Source: Candidatus Cloacimonadota bacterium
GTDB taxonomy: Bacteria; Cloacimonadota; Cloacimonadia; Cloacimonadales; WRIO01
NCBI GenBank assembly: GCA_029564175.1
Contig: JAKQQL010000110.1
Coordinates: forward strand, 1 to 64,000
Length of the DNA: 64,000 bases
Reading direction: 5' to 3'
Below are positions 54,424 to 64,000 of the stretch, one piece after another. The translations under genes and the position numbers were made by a program. Positions within the stretch are counted from its first letter, which is position 1. Each line of letters opens with the position of its first letter. The notes below the pieces were generated by a model, which was not told the DNA's origin, ran no database searches, and saw nothing but the letters and a program-made list of their open reading frames with translations.

Positions 54424-56739
54424 GTGAAAAAAATGAATATTTTAAAAGGAAAAATAGCTCATCTGCTGATAGTTATTATGCTTATAATCTGTGGTGTATT
54501 AGCGATCTATACAACCATAGACATTATTCTCTTTAACAGGCTTAATTATTATACGCAACAAATAATAAATTATCAGAAGATTACTGAGGATGTTAGAAAT
54601 GTTATTTTGATGTTTGATGAAGTCGAATTGAATACAAATCAACTCTTATTGGGTTATCATGCTGTAAGTTCTGAAAATTCAGTTTCTAATTTGCTTGTTA
54701 TTCAACTCAGATTAAAAAAAATACGTGATTCTTATCTTTTTCTAAATGAAGAAACTATCGATAAGCTCATGCGTATTGAGATGAATTTAAATGATTTAAA
54801 AAATATTATCGCTTTTCATGATACAAATGTTTCAAATGAACTTGAAATAAAAGAGTTAAACGAGTTGTTTTTTATAACTCGATTGATGTTTAGACAAGTT
54901 GATAAAATCCTGTATGAGAAGAATAATTTTTATCACAACAAAATACAGTCCGTACTTTTACAAAACAATATTTTTAGACATTCAATTATTTTAATTGTTA
55001 TTTTATTCAGTATTTTGATTTATGTTTTTAGAAAAATTTTTAAAAAGAGAATTCACTCTTTAGTTTCAGTATTTAGTTTCCCAGAGAAATATTTAAATGG
55101 CGCAATGACTTATGATTATCACGATGAGTTTAAGGAATTAGTGAGTAACTTTCTAACAACCCATCAGGAAAATTCTAAAAATATAAAAGAAATACGTTTT
55201 TTACAAGATTATCTGAATGATGTGATAGAATCAATGCCTTCTATCGTGATATCGTTAAATAATGATTTACAAATATACCGATTTAATAAAATGTTGCTAA
55301 AAGCAATAGATTTAACACCTGGAGAAATTTTCAATAAACCTGTTTTTCATGTATTTCCAAAACTAAATCAGTATAAAGAGGACTTCTTCAAGGTCTTGGG
55401 TAAACACCAGATTATACATTTGGATAAAATCAACGTTGTTTCAAATAGTGACAATTGTTACAATATCACATTATTCCCTGTCAAGAATAAAGATTCTTAT
55501 GATATTGTACTCAGAATGGACGATATAACCGATTTAAATAAAAAAGACAAACAATTACAACAAGCACAAAAAATGGAATCTATCGGAACCCTTGCCGGGG
55601 GATTAGCTCATGATTTTAACAACATTTTGGGTGGAATTGTGGGCACGCTTTCTATCCTTCAGTATAAAGTAACAGAAGAAAAAGAAACTAACAGTGATTT
55701 TATACATCAACAACTTAATCTGATGCAGGAGTTAACTGAACGTGCGACTGATTTGGTAAAGCAATTGTTAACTCTTTCCAGAAAAAATGAAATCAGTTTA
55801 GTCACAATTGATTTGAATTCAGCAATAAAAAGAGTTTATAAAATTTGTAATAATTCATTTGACAAAAGTATAACTTTTAACATAGAATTGACTAATCAAC
55901 CGCATTTCATTAAAGGTGATATCAGTCAGATTGATCAAATTCTGCTTAATCTGTTTATAAATGCAGGCCATGCAATGACAATCATGCGAAAATCAGATGA
56001 AAAACAAGGGGGAACTCTATCTGTCAGAATATCTGAAGTTTTCGCAGATAAAAGTTTTATCAATACTCATCCGGATTGTCAGAGTCATCATTTCTGGTTG
56101 ATTAGCATTAGTGATACAGGCGTTGGTATTCCAAAAGAAAATCTGAGTAAGATTTTCGATCCATTTTTTACTACAAAAGGGAATAATGTAGGGACAGGAT
56201 TGGGCTTATCAATGGTATATAATATCATACATCAGCATAATGGATTTGTTGATATATATTCAGAACCTGGAGTCGGTACAACTTTTAATCTTTTCTTTCC
56301 TGTTTTTAGTAAAAGTAGTGAAACAGAACTTGAAAATATCAATAATCAGTTGATAAGTGGCAACGGTAAAATCTTAATTATTGAAGATGATGTCATTATC
56401 AATAACATCACCAGTTCCATCCTGAATGAGTGTGGCTATTCAATAATCAATGTTATTGATGCAGAAGAAGGTTTAAGAATTTATTTAGAAAAGGGAGCCC
56501 TTTATTTTGATTTAATTATTATTGATTTGATTATGCCAAAAATTTCAGGAGTTGACCTTTGTAAAAAAATATTTGCGGTTGATAAGAGAGAGAGAATTGT
56601 GTTAACATCTGGTTTCCATCAGGATGAACGAATTAAAACCGCAATGGAATACGGGGTAAGAGGATTTATTTCAAAACCTTTTACTATGCAGCATTTAACA
56701 CAGATTGTTTCAGAATATATTCACTCAAAAAGAGATTAG
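54424..56739 (+). CDS. Membrane hybrid histidine kinase (2 TM, PAS, HisKA, HATPase, REC)
   Basis: GTLAGGLAHDFNNILG, FFTTK..GTGLGL, C-terminal receiver. Confidence 0.9.
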   Translation: MKKMNILKGKIAHLLIVIMLIICGVLAIYTTIDIILFNRLNYYTQQIINYQKITEDVRNVILMFDEVELNTNQLLLGYHAVSSENSVSNLLVIQLRLKKIRDSYLFLNEETIDKLMRIEMNLNDLKNIIAFHDTNVSNELEIKELNELFFITRLMFRQVDKILYEKNNFYHNKIQSVLLQNNIFRHSIILIVILFSILIYVFRKIFKKRIHSLVSVFSFPEKYLNGAMTYDYHDEFKELVSNFLTTHQENSKNIKEIRFLQDYLNDVIESMPSIVISLNNDLQIYRFNKMLLKAIDLTPGEIFNKPVFHVFPKLNQYKEDFFKVLGKHQIIHLDKINVVSNSDNCYNITLFPVKNKDSYDIVLRMDDITDLNKKDKQLQQAQKMESIGTLAGGLAHDFNNILGGIVGTLSILQYKVTEEKETNSDFIHQQLNLMQELTERATDLVKQLLTLSRKNEISLVTIDLNSAIKRVYKICNNSFDKSITFNIELTNQPHFIKGDISQIDQILLNLFINAGHAMTIMRKSDEKQGGTLSVRISEVFADKSFINTHPDCQSHHFWLISISDTGVGIPKENLSKIFDPFFTTKGNNVGTGLGLSMVYNIIHQHNGFVDIYSEPGVGTTFNLFFPVFSKSSETELENINNQLISGNGKILIIEDDVIINNITSSILNECGYSIINVIDAEEGLRIYLEKGALYFDLIIIDLIMPKISGVDLCKKIFAVDKRERIVLTSGFHQDERIKTAMEYGVRGFISKPFTMQHLTQIVSEYIHSKRD

Positions 56740-56740
56740 C

Positions 56741-58495
56741 ATGTCATTATACGAATCAAATATAACTCTGATAAAAAAACATCCGGCTCAGTTTCACATT
56801 AATACATTTGCAAAACAATACCTCTTTAAGTATATTTATGAAAAAACGAATGAAGATAACTACTCTTTAAAAATTGTATTTCAAAGTCAGTCAGAACAAA
56901 GTTATCAGATTCATAGTGCATATACTCCAGAGAAAGAAGCCAGTTTGATTTGTGATAGATTTTTTTCAGAAAATCAAAATATTTTGATCACAGGTTTTGG
57001 AATGGGATATCATATTGAAGCTCTTTCAAAAAAATATCCAGATAAAACACTGATTATTATAGAAAATGATATGGATTTATTCTTAAGCAGTTTATCTTAT
57101 ATTGACTTAAGAAAATTTGTAAATTTCTATTTTATAATCGCTTATCCTGATTACATGGTGATGGATATCGTTTCACAAATTTTGATTGATAAATCTAATA
57201 CCAGAGAATTTGATATCTATGAGTTAAAACCATATCTCAGAATACATCAATCCTATTATCAATTTATCATGAAACACTTAAAAAATGAAAAAATATATGA
57301 TTTAAGTCCTCAATGGTTTTATCCAAAATTTAAAAATGCAACAACTCCTGTAAAGATATTGTTTATTGATTCCTCTTATGTACTTACAAAAGAATGTTTG
57401 TTTGCAATTCAAGAAACTGGACATCAGGTTCATTACATTCATATCGATGATAAACAGACTGATTATGAAGTATTTGTGAGGAAACTAATGCTGGACATCA
57501 ATCAGTTTAAACCTGATTTTATTCTAACGATAAATCACCTGGGTTTTGATAAAGAAGGCCGTTTAACAGACCTTTTAAGTGAAATGCATATCCCTTATGC
57601 TTCTTGGTTTGTGGATAGTCCCAATGTGATACTTTCTTGTTTTAAACAAAATATATCTGATTATTGCAGTATTTTTGTATGGGACAGGGATTATATAGAT
57701 GACTTGATTAAAACTGGATACCCTTATGTAGATTATTTACCCCTGGCTACATCATCAGATATCTTTTATCCAAAATCTCTCAGTAAAATATACGATGTTT
57801 CTTTTGTAGGGTCGAGTATGGTTTATGCTACCCATAAAAATATGAAATCATTCATACATCGTCCTGATTTATTACACATTCTGGAAGACGTTTCAAATGA
57901 ATTTATAAGGTTGAAGACACGTCATGTAGAACATGCCGTAAAAAAGCTTACTTCAGGTCATACTGAGATTTTTTTTGAAGATAATGATCAGAAAGATGAT
58001 TTTTATGCCGCTGTACTATGGAGATCGACCCAAAAATACAGATTATCAGGTCTCTTGGAATTAGAAACTTTTTCACCGGTGATAAGCGGTGATGAAAATT
58101 GGCAACGCCTGCTCCCTTTTAGTTTTAGAAAATTGCCTGAAAGATGGTATTATGAAGATTTAGCTGATTTTTATAATCAGAGTAAGATCAATTTTAATAT
58201 GACGAGTCTTCAAATGAAGAATGCTGTAAATCAAAGGGTATTTGATGTGCCTGCATGTGGAGGATTTATTCTGACTGATTATAAAGAACAATTGAATGAG
58301 ATTTACGATTTAAGTAATGATATTGCTTATTTCAAAGAAATAGGAGAAATTAAAGAATTAGTGAAATATTACCTTGCTAATTTGAACGTATGTGAAAAAA
58401 TGGCAAGTAATGCAAGAAATAAAGTATTGAAAGCTCATACTTATGCTCATAGAATAAATGAAATGATCAATATTATGAAAAAAAGATATCAATAA
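56741..58495 (+). CDS. CgeB/DUF3880-like glycosyltransferase with Maf-like N-terminal region
   Basis: IHSAYTPEKEA..GFGMGYH N-terminus; SWFVD.P, LPLA, SKINFN, NQRVFDVPACGGF, HTY.HR. Start placed at ATG 56741, 1 nt after the kinase stop. Confidence 0.8.
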   Translation: MSLYESNITLIKKHPAQFHINTFAKQYLFKYIYEKTNEDNYSLKIVFQSQSEQSYQIHSAYTPEKEASLICDRFFSENQNILITGFGMGYHIEALSKKYPDKTLIIIENDMDLFLSSLSYIDLRKFVNFYFIIAYPDYMVMDIVSQILIDKSNTREFDIYELKPYLRIHQSYYQFIMKHLKNEKIYDLSPQWFYPKFKNATTPVKILFIDSSYVLTKECLFAIQETGHQVHYIHIDDKQTDYEVFVRKLMLDINQFKPDFILTINHLGFDKEGRLTDLLSEMHIPYASWFVDSPNVILSCFKQNISDYCSIFVWDRDYIDDLIKTGYPYVDYLPLATSSDIFYPKSLSKIYDVSFVGSSMVYATHKNMKSFIHRPDLLHILEDVSNEFIRLKTRHVEHAVKKLTSGHTEIFFEDNDQKDDFYAAVLWRSTQKYRLSGLLELETFSPVISGDENWQRLLPFSFRKLPERWYYEDLADFYNQSKINFNMTSLQMKNAVNQRVFDVPACGGFILTDYKEQLNEIYDLSNDIAYFKEIGEIKELVKYYLANLNVCEKMASNARNKVLKAHTYAHRINEMINIMKKRYQ

Positions 58496-58534
58496 AATAA
58501 ATCAGGCAATTTACCTGACAGAAATGGAGAAACA

Positions 58535-59359
58535 ATGAAGCATATCAAATGGTTAATGCTTGTACTCACACTAATAATACTAATAGGAGTTAAAATGCTG
58601 GATGCAGAAAAAACAAAATTTAAAGTCATTATGAAAACTAATATGGGTGACATTGAACTTGAACTTGATCGCGAAATTGCCCCAAAAACAGTTGATAATT
58701 TCATTGGGCTTGCAAATGGAACTAAAGAATGGAAGGATCCAAAAACTGGAGAAACCGTCAAAAAGGCTTTTTATAATGGATTAACTTTTCACAGGGTAAT
58801 CAAGGATTTTATGATTCAGGGTGGTTGTCCCATTGGAAATGGAACCGGCGGACCCGGTTACTCTTTTGAAGATGAAACTTATAGTTACGGAGAACCCTTA
58901 ATTGGCGCAATAGATTCTCCTGAAAATGCTTACAGAATTTATACAGATGTATTGATTCCTTATTTCAGAAAGAATCCTAATCCTGCGTCTATGGACTCAA
59001 CATTAGTTTCTTTGGTTCAGGAATGTCAGGAACAAAAAAGTCCTGCTCCACTAATGAAAAATAATTACGAATTTTATTATGAAAAAACTCAAAGTAAACC
59101 TATCAATAAAATTACAGGCTTATCTGCAAGTGTTGATTACGGTACAATATGTATGGCTAATTCTGGTCCTAATACAAATGGCTCTCAATTTTTTATTGTA
59201 ACTAAAAAAGAAGGTTGTAATTGGTTGAATGGTAAACATACCGTTTTTGGAAAAGTAGTAAAAGGTATGGATATTGTACATAAGATTGAGGATGTAGATA
59301 AAGATGCAGGTGATAAACCAAAAAAACCAGTGATTATCGAACAAGTCATTGTGATGTAA
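58535..59359 (+). CDS. Cyclophilin-type peptidyl-prolyl isomerase with internal insertion
   Basis: APKTV.NF, FHRVI..FMIQGG, MANSGPNTNGSQFFI, WLNGKHTVFG; N-terminal signal. Confidence 0.93.
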   Translation: MKHIKWLMLVLTLIILIGVKMLDAEKTKFKVIMKTNMGDIELELDREIAPKTVDNFIGLANGTKEWKDPKTGETVKKAFYNGLTFHRVIKDFMIQGGCPIGNGTGGPGYSFEDETYSYGEPLIGAIDSPENAYRIYTDVLIPYFRKNPNPASMDSTLVSLVQECQEQKSPAPLMKNNYEFYYEKTQSKPINKITGLSASVDYGTICMANSGPNTNGSQFFIVTKKEGCNWLNGKHTVFGKVVKGMDIVHKIEDVDKDAGDKPKKPVIIEQVIVM

Positions 59360-59444
59360 ATACTACATGTCTTTGACCTCATATTTTAATGCTGGTAGCT
59401 TGCCCATCAGTAAGTTGCCAGCTTATTGATACAAAGGAAAAAAA

Positions 59445-61169
59445 ATGAAAAAAAAAATGCTGATTATTATAATGACTCTGACTTTCAGCATATTGTTCGC
59501 TCAATATGACGAAAAAAAGATTATGTTTAATCAGGCTCAGTCATTTGAAAATATGAATCAGCTGACGCGTGCGCAACAAATTTATAAAGATTTATTAAAA
59601 AAGTATCCTCAGGATCAGGAAGTTGTGCAGAAACTCTTTTATAATTATATTAGAGTATCTGATTTGCAGAATGCGAGTATCTTACTAGAAGATAAAAAGC
59701 CTATTTTAAATCAGACTTTTTATACTCAAAGTAAAATTCTTCTGTTATGCAAAGATAACCGTATCAGTGAAGCTGAAAGTTTAGCAGATAGTTTTATAAG
59801 TGAAAATCCAAACTTAATAAATAACTATCAATCGATCGCTTCAACTTTTGAACAAAATAATCTATTTGAAATTGCAGCCAAATATTATAAACAAGCCAGG
59901 AAGATATCTCATAATGAGACTATCTTTGCACTGGAGTTATCTAATACTTACTATCAGCTTCAAGACTACCAGGCGACTATAAAAGAATCAGTAGTTTTGA
60001 TTATTCAGAATAAAGCTTATGTATATTATGTTACATCAAGATTTAAGGAAATTGTTAATAGAGATTCTTTAATGATTGATGAAATTCAAAGAAACTGTGA
60101 GCATAATGATACTGAAGAGGTTAGAGAATTGTATGCTTTAAGCCTTGTCGAGTTAAAACAATACCAAAAAGCGTTATCAATATATGACAATCTCAACACA
60201 GAGAAATTTATCCGTTTTTGTGATGAGTTGTATGCAAATTCGCTATTAGATTACGCGCTTCAAGGCTATGAAATGATTTTAAAAAAAGTGAATCAGCCAA
60301 TCCTGATTGGTGATATGAAGTTAAAAATGGCAAAGGTATATCTGAGTAGGAAGGATATAAATAGTGCAAAAAATTATCTTAATCAGATAATCTCCATGAA
60401 TGAACTCACTAATCAACAAAATCTTTATAAAACAAAAGTTCATAGAGAATCTCGAGAAATAATGGCAAGTGTCCTGATAATGGATAATGCTGATAAAGAT
60501 AAAGTTTTATCTGCTTTCAACGATGCTGAAAAATACATCTTTAATCAAAATGATAAGAAGAATATTGCTTTTAAAAAAGTTCATTATCTCAGTATGAAGG
60601 AAGAATATACTGAAGCCGAAAAACTCCTTGATAATACATTAAAAGGAGAAGAATATGGCTCTGTTATCATCGCAAAAAGTCTCTATTTCAGATATGAATT
60701 GTATTTAATGAAGAATGATGTTAAAGTGGATTCTATGATGACCGAATATATCCTTTTTTCACCTGAAGATAATGCAATAAATGATATGCTCTTTCTTTCT
60801 TTATTCGTCAAAAATCTACCCAAGGAAAAACAGAATACTTTTTTAAAAGCATATCGGTATAAACAACTCTATCAGGACTCTCTTGCAACAAGTTTACTTC
60901 AAACAATTCTGGATGATTTTCAAAATGATGAACTTAAATTGTTACTCGCAGAATGGTATATTTCTGATTTGAAGTATGATAAAGCTTTAGTTCTCTATAA
61001 TGGAAAATTTGATAATGAAGTATATCAGGAATTTGCAAAATTAGAAGCTGTAAAAATAGAAACAGAAAAAGAATTCAGACGTAATCAGATTACAGATTAC
61101 CTGAAAAATACACCAAACAGTGTGTTTTCGCCTTTATTCAGACAACTATTAGTAAAAAAAATCATGTAA
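59445..61169 (+). CDS. Exported TPR-repeat protein
   Basis: Signal peptide; helical repeats such as A..IYKDLLKKYP and A..YYKQA. Confidence 0.7.
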   Translation: MKKKMLIIIMTLTFSILFAQYDEKKIMFNQAQSFENMNQLTRAQQIYKDLLKKYPQDQEVVQKLFYNYIRVSDLQNASILLEDKKPILNQTFYTQSKILLLCKDNRISEAESLADSFISENPNLINNYQSIASTFEQNNLFEIAAKYYKQARKISHNETIFALELSNTYYQLQDYQATIKESVVLIIQNKAYVYYVTSRFKEIVNRDSLMIDEIQRNCEHNDTEEVRELYALSLVELKQYQKALSIYDNLNTEKFIRFCDELYANSLLDYALQGYEMILKKVNQPILIGDMKLKMAKVYLSRKDINSAKNYLNQIISMNELTNQQNLYKTKVHRESREIMASVLIMDNADKDKVLSAFNDAEKYIFNQNDKKNIAFKKVHYLSMKEEYTEAEKLLDNTLKGEEYGSVIIAKSLYFRYELYLMKNDVKVDSMMTEYILFSPEDNAINDMLFLSLFVKNLPKEKQNTFLKAYRYKQLYQDSLATSLLQTILDDFQNDELKLLLAEWYISDLKYDKALVLYNGKFDNEVYQEFAKLEAVKIETEKEFRRNQITDYLKNTPNSVFSPLFRQLLVKKIM

Positions 61170-61182
61170 TCGGGAGGTTGAT

Positions 61183-61449
61183 ATGATTAGTATAAAAAAG
61201 CTTAGCACGGATGATTTTAAGAAAATGCAGATTAATGAGTGGTCTGTATGGGAAAAAGAAGTTTCTGTATTTGACTGGTATTATGATTGTGTAGAAGAAT
61301 GTTATATTCTGAATGGAGAAATTGAGATTACAGATGAAAACAATCAGGTTCATAAGTTGCATGAAAATGATTTTGTACGTTTTGATAAAGGACTAAAATG
61401 CAAATGGAAAATTATCAAACCTGTTAAAAAACATTACCGCTTTTTATAG
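61183..61449 (+). CDS. Cupin_3 (DUF861) family protein
   Basis: W..W.KE.S.F.W.YD..EECYIL.G, F.KGL.C.W.I..PVKKHY. Confidence 0.88.
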   Translation: MISIKKLSTDDFKKMQINEWSVWEKEVSVFDWYYDCVEECYILNGEIEITDENNQVHKLHENDFVRFDKGLKCKWKIIKPVKKHYRFL

Positions 61450-61457
61450 GAGTTATC

Positions 61458-62462
61458 ATGAGAACAAAAATAATCCTTCTTCTGTTACTTTTACTAAGCA
61501 TGATGTCGTGTAAACTGACAAACAATACACCAAGTAACAATTTACCAGATGATACTGGCAGTTTTGACATTGTATCAGGTGTTTCAGTAGTCAATTCAGC
61601 AACAGCACTGACTCTTGATTATCCATATCTTTTTGTATCTGATGGGAATGCCAGATTAACCTGTGTCGATGTGATGACTCCCTGGCACATCGAACGAATT
61701 TCATCTCTTAATTTCTTCAATAATTCTTCAGATCCAATACTTGATTTAGTCAGAGATTCCAGAAATATGATTTACGCAGGAATGGGGAATTCCGGTTTCT
61801 TTACTTTAAATACATCAAATCCTTATTCTCTGAATGTACAGAGTTTTAATACAGATATCAAATGTAAAAGCTTGAGTATAGACGAAAATAATGGTTATGG
61901 TAATCTGTTGGCAATTTCAGGAGACAGCTTCTGGAAAATTTATGAAATCATCGGTGCCGGTCAAATTCTACAACTGAGTTCTCAGGAATTTATGTCAGAA
62001 AAAAACTATAGAAAGATACATATTGATTATCCCTATATGTATTTAGGATCAAATTTCTCAGTTGATATCTATGATATTAGTAATCCCTTTTTACCACAAC
62101 TGATCAAATCAGAAACATTATATTATTTTAAAGATTTCAAATTTGTTGGTGATAGAATGTTAGTTTTAACCAATAACCAGTTGATATTTTACGATGTATC
62201 TAATCCTTATTATGCAAATTTACTTACTCAATACACATTCAATATATCTCCAACTAGTTTTTTCTGTGAAAATGGAAATCTGCTGATTTCCTTTGATAAT
62301 AAACAAATGCTTCATTATGTTATCTCTGATCAATATGCGCTTACGGAAATTTCATCCATTCAGTTTGACCATCTGGTTCAGGATATTGAATACTATGAAG
62401 GCTATTATTTTTTAGCTTGTAGAGATTTTGGTGTTTTGTGTTTACAATTAGATGGTTACTAA
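61458..62462 (+). CDS. Lipoprotein with LVIVD-like beta-propeller repeats
   Basis: Lipobox-like MMSC; repeated YDISNP/YDVSNP/LNTSNP units. Confidence 0.75.
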   Translation: MRTKIILLLLLLLSMMSCKLTNNTPSNNLPDDTGSFDIVSGVSVVNSATALTLDYPYLFVSDGNARLTCVDVMTPWHIERISSLNFFNNSSDPILDLVRDSRNMIYAGMGNSGFFTLNTSNPYSLNVQSFNTDIKCKSLSIDENNGYGNLLAISGDSFWKIYEIIGAGQILQLSSQEFMSEKNYRKIHIDYPYMYLGSNFSVDIYDISNPFLPQLIKSETLYYFKDFKFVGDRMLVLTNNQLIFYDVSNPYYANLLTQYTFNISPTSFFCENGNLLISFDNKQMLHYVISDQYALTEISSIQFDHLVQDIEYYEGYYFLACRDFGVLCLQLDGY

Positions 62463-62480
62463 TAGATAAAGTCTTTTTTC

Positions 62481-63248
62481 TTAATAATACTTAGGAACTT
62501 TCTGAAGGATTGATGAGATGACTATCGCAGAAGCGGTTACTGCAGCGGTTTCAGCTCTGAGTATATGATTGCCAATTGTAAAGCTGTCAATTTTTTCTTT
62601 CATAAACAAGTCAAATTCATCTTGATGAAAGCCCCCTTCGGGTCCAATAAAAATACACAAAGAGCTTGGATAAAGTTTAAAAGATAGTTCAGAAAGGGAA
62701 GTTTCTGTTTCTTTTTCGGATGCGACAATACCTTTAAATCCAAAATTTTTTATCTGAAGAATTGTCTCATTAAGAGTTGAAACAGGGTGAACAATAGGTA
62801 AAAAGGCATTATCACATTGTTTAATGGCAGAGATGGCTGTTTTTATCATTTTATCCTGAATCGGATCATGATTCTTATTTTTTGAATCAGTTATTCTCCG
62901 TACACTGTAACGGGTTTCCATCGGGAAAAACTGTTTTATTCCCAACTCAGTCAGTTTTTCAATAATCCATAAGTCATTTTTATTTTTCAACAGAGAAAAA
63001 GCGACAGCAATTTCTGGTGTCCCTTTTTGGAATGAATCGATTTTACTAATATAAATGTCAGCATTTTTTTTTGTAATTTTTGATATTTTACCATAAGCCA
63101 GTTGTCCCATTCCGTTTGTAAGAATGATTTCGTCATTTACACGGTAACGGGACACATTGACTAAATGGTGAAACTCATCGCCATCTAACAACAAGTTATT
63201 ATCAAGATCACTATCTGACCATATTACAGGCAAATAAAATGATGGCAT
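62481..63248 (-). CDS. rsmE: 16S rRNA m3U1498 methyltransferase
   Basis: HHL..V.R, IIEKLTELG, FIGPEGGF, ILRAETA. Confidence 0.95.
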   Translation of the reverse strand: MPSFYLPVIWSDSDLDNNLLLDGDEFHHLVNVSRYRVNDEIILTNGMGQLAYGKISKITKKNADIYISKIDSFQKGTPEIAVAFSLLKNKNDLWIIEKLTELGIKQFFPMETRYSVRRITDSKNKNHDPIQDKMIKTAISAIKQCDNAFLPIVHPVSTLNETILQIKNFGFKGIVASEKETETSLSELSFKLYPSSLCIFIGPEGGFHQDEFDLFMKEKIDSFTIGNHILRAETAAVTASAIVISSILQKVPKYY

Positions 63249-64000
63249 TAAAATAAATCCTTAAATTTTTTCCAGAAAGTTTTATCTGGATTTAAATTTC
63301 GTTTTTCATCGAATTTCTTTAATTGTTCATACAATTTAATTTCTTCGGATGTTAGCGAGGTCGGTGTTACGACATCTACCTTAACGATGATATCGCCACG
63401 GTAATGTTCATTATTGACTTCAGGCAGACCTTTCCCTCTTAACTTGAATACTTTGCCTGTCTGAGTACCTGCCGGTATCTTGACTTTTAGCTTTTCATCA
63501 GCTAAGGTTGTTACCATAATTTCACCACCTAAAGCGGCTGTTGAGAAAGAAATCGGATACTCACAAATCAGATTGACTCCGTCTCTTACAAAGACATCAT
63601 CTTCTTTTTCATGAATCATGACCAAAATGTCTCCATTGCTGCCATTTCTTTTGCCTTTATTACCTTCTCCTCTTAAGCGAATGTATTGACCTTCCTGAAC
63701 ACCTGCCGGAATTGTTACTTTTACATCTTTTGGTTTACTGATTCTGCCGTCACCATTACAATGTTTACATTTCTTTTCGATAACTTTTCCTTCACCATGA
63801 CAGGAAGGGCATGTTACAACAGTTTGAACATTGCCAAAAAATGATTGTCTGACCTGACGTACCTGGCCCTGCCCGTTACACTGAGTACAGGTTTTTACCT
63901 TGCCATCTTCAGATCCGCTACCATTGCATGAAGTACAAGTATCTTTAGTCGAAATTTTTACGGTTTTAGATACTCCGTTATAAATCTCTTTCATTGTTAA
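63248..64000 (-). CDS. dnaJ: Chaperone DnaJ (C-terminal part; 5' end outside window)
   Basis: Four CxxCxGxG zinc-finger repeats, IPAG, AALGG; TAATG coupling to rsmE. Confidence 0.95.
   Translation of the reverse strand, partial: LTMKEIYNGVSKTVKISTKDTCTSCNGSGSEDGKVKTCTQCNGQGQVRQVRQSFFGNVQTVVTCPSCHGEGKVIEKKCKHCNGDGRISKPKDVKVTIPAGVQEGQYIRLRGEGNKGKRNGSNGDILVMIHEKEDDVFVRDGVNLICEYPISFSTAALGGEIMVTTLADEKLKVKIPAGTQTGKVFKLRGKGLPEVNNEHYRGDIIVKVDVVTPTSLTSEEIKLYEQLKKFDEKRNLNPDKTFWKKFKDLF

Overview
AT-rich bacterial chromosomal window using the standard code (TGA is an ordinary stop). By inference it belongs to Candidatus Cloacimonadota or a related FCB-group anaerobe: two secreted proteins end in an 'NYPNPFNP...KMMLxK' FlgD-Ig/T9SS-like C-terminal domain, and there is a gingipain-like C25 protein, LptF/G and IorAB. 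The window holds a large sensory cluster (cheW, MCP, three PAS hybrid histidine kinases), an AAA-PD-(D/E)xK gene, a tandem pair of paralogous hypothetical genes, mocA-like and xdhC genes separated by a GxxExxY nuclease cassette, a housekeeping block (rpmE-DUF1385-prfA-CNNM-ligA-lptF-lptG), phoH2/HD-GYP/alr, a CIRCE-controlled hsp20 tandem, iorAB, purH-hslO-thiolase, an SBP-kinase-glycosyltransferase module, and rsmE with a partial dnaJ. I found no rRNA, tRNA, CRISPR array or transposase. Highlights: (1) the GxxExxY PD-(D/E)xK gene is bracketed by two nested-palindrome elements built from 9-10 nt units (79-bp cores, 72/79 identical), and degenerate copies flank a methyltransferase 12 kb away, which suggests a nuclease plus palindromic-repeat mobile system; (2) three signalling genes each carry a single lesion (A4 frameshift, in-frame TGA just before the Hpt His, A9 frameshift); (3) a candidate unclassified structured leader RNA precedes an MFS transporter; (4) unusual protein architectures (Alr with a ~260-aa extension, C25 protein lacking the catalytic His motif, cyclophilin with an ~80-aa insert).
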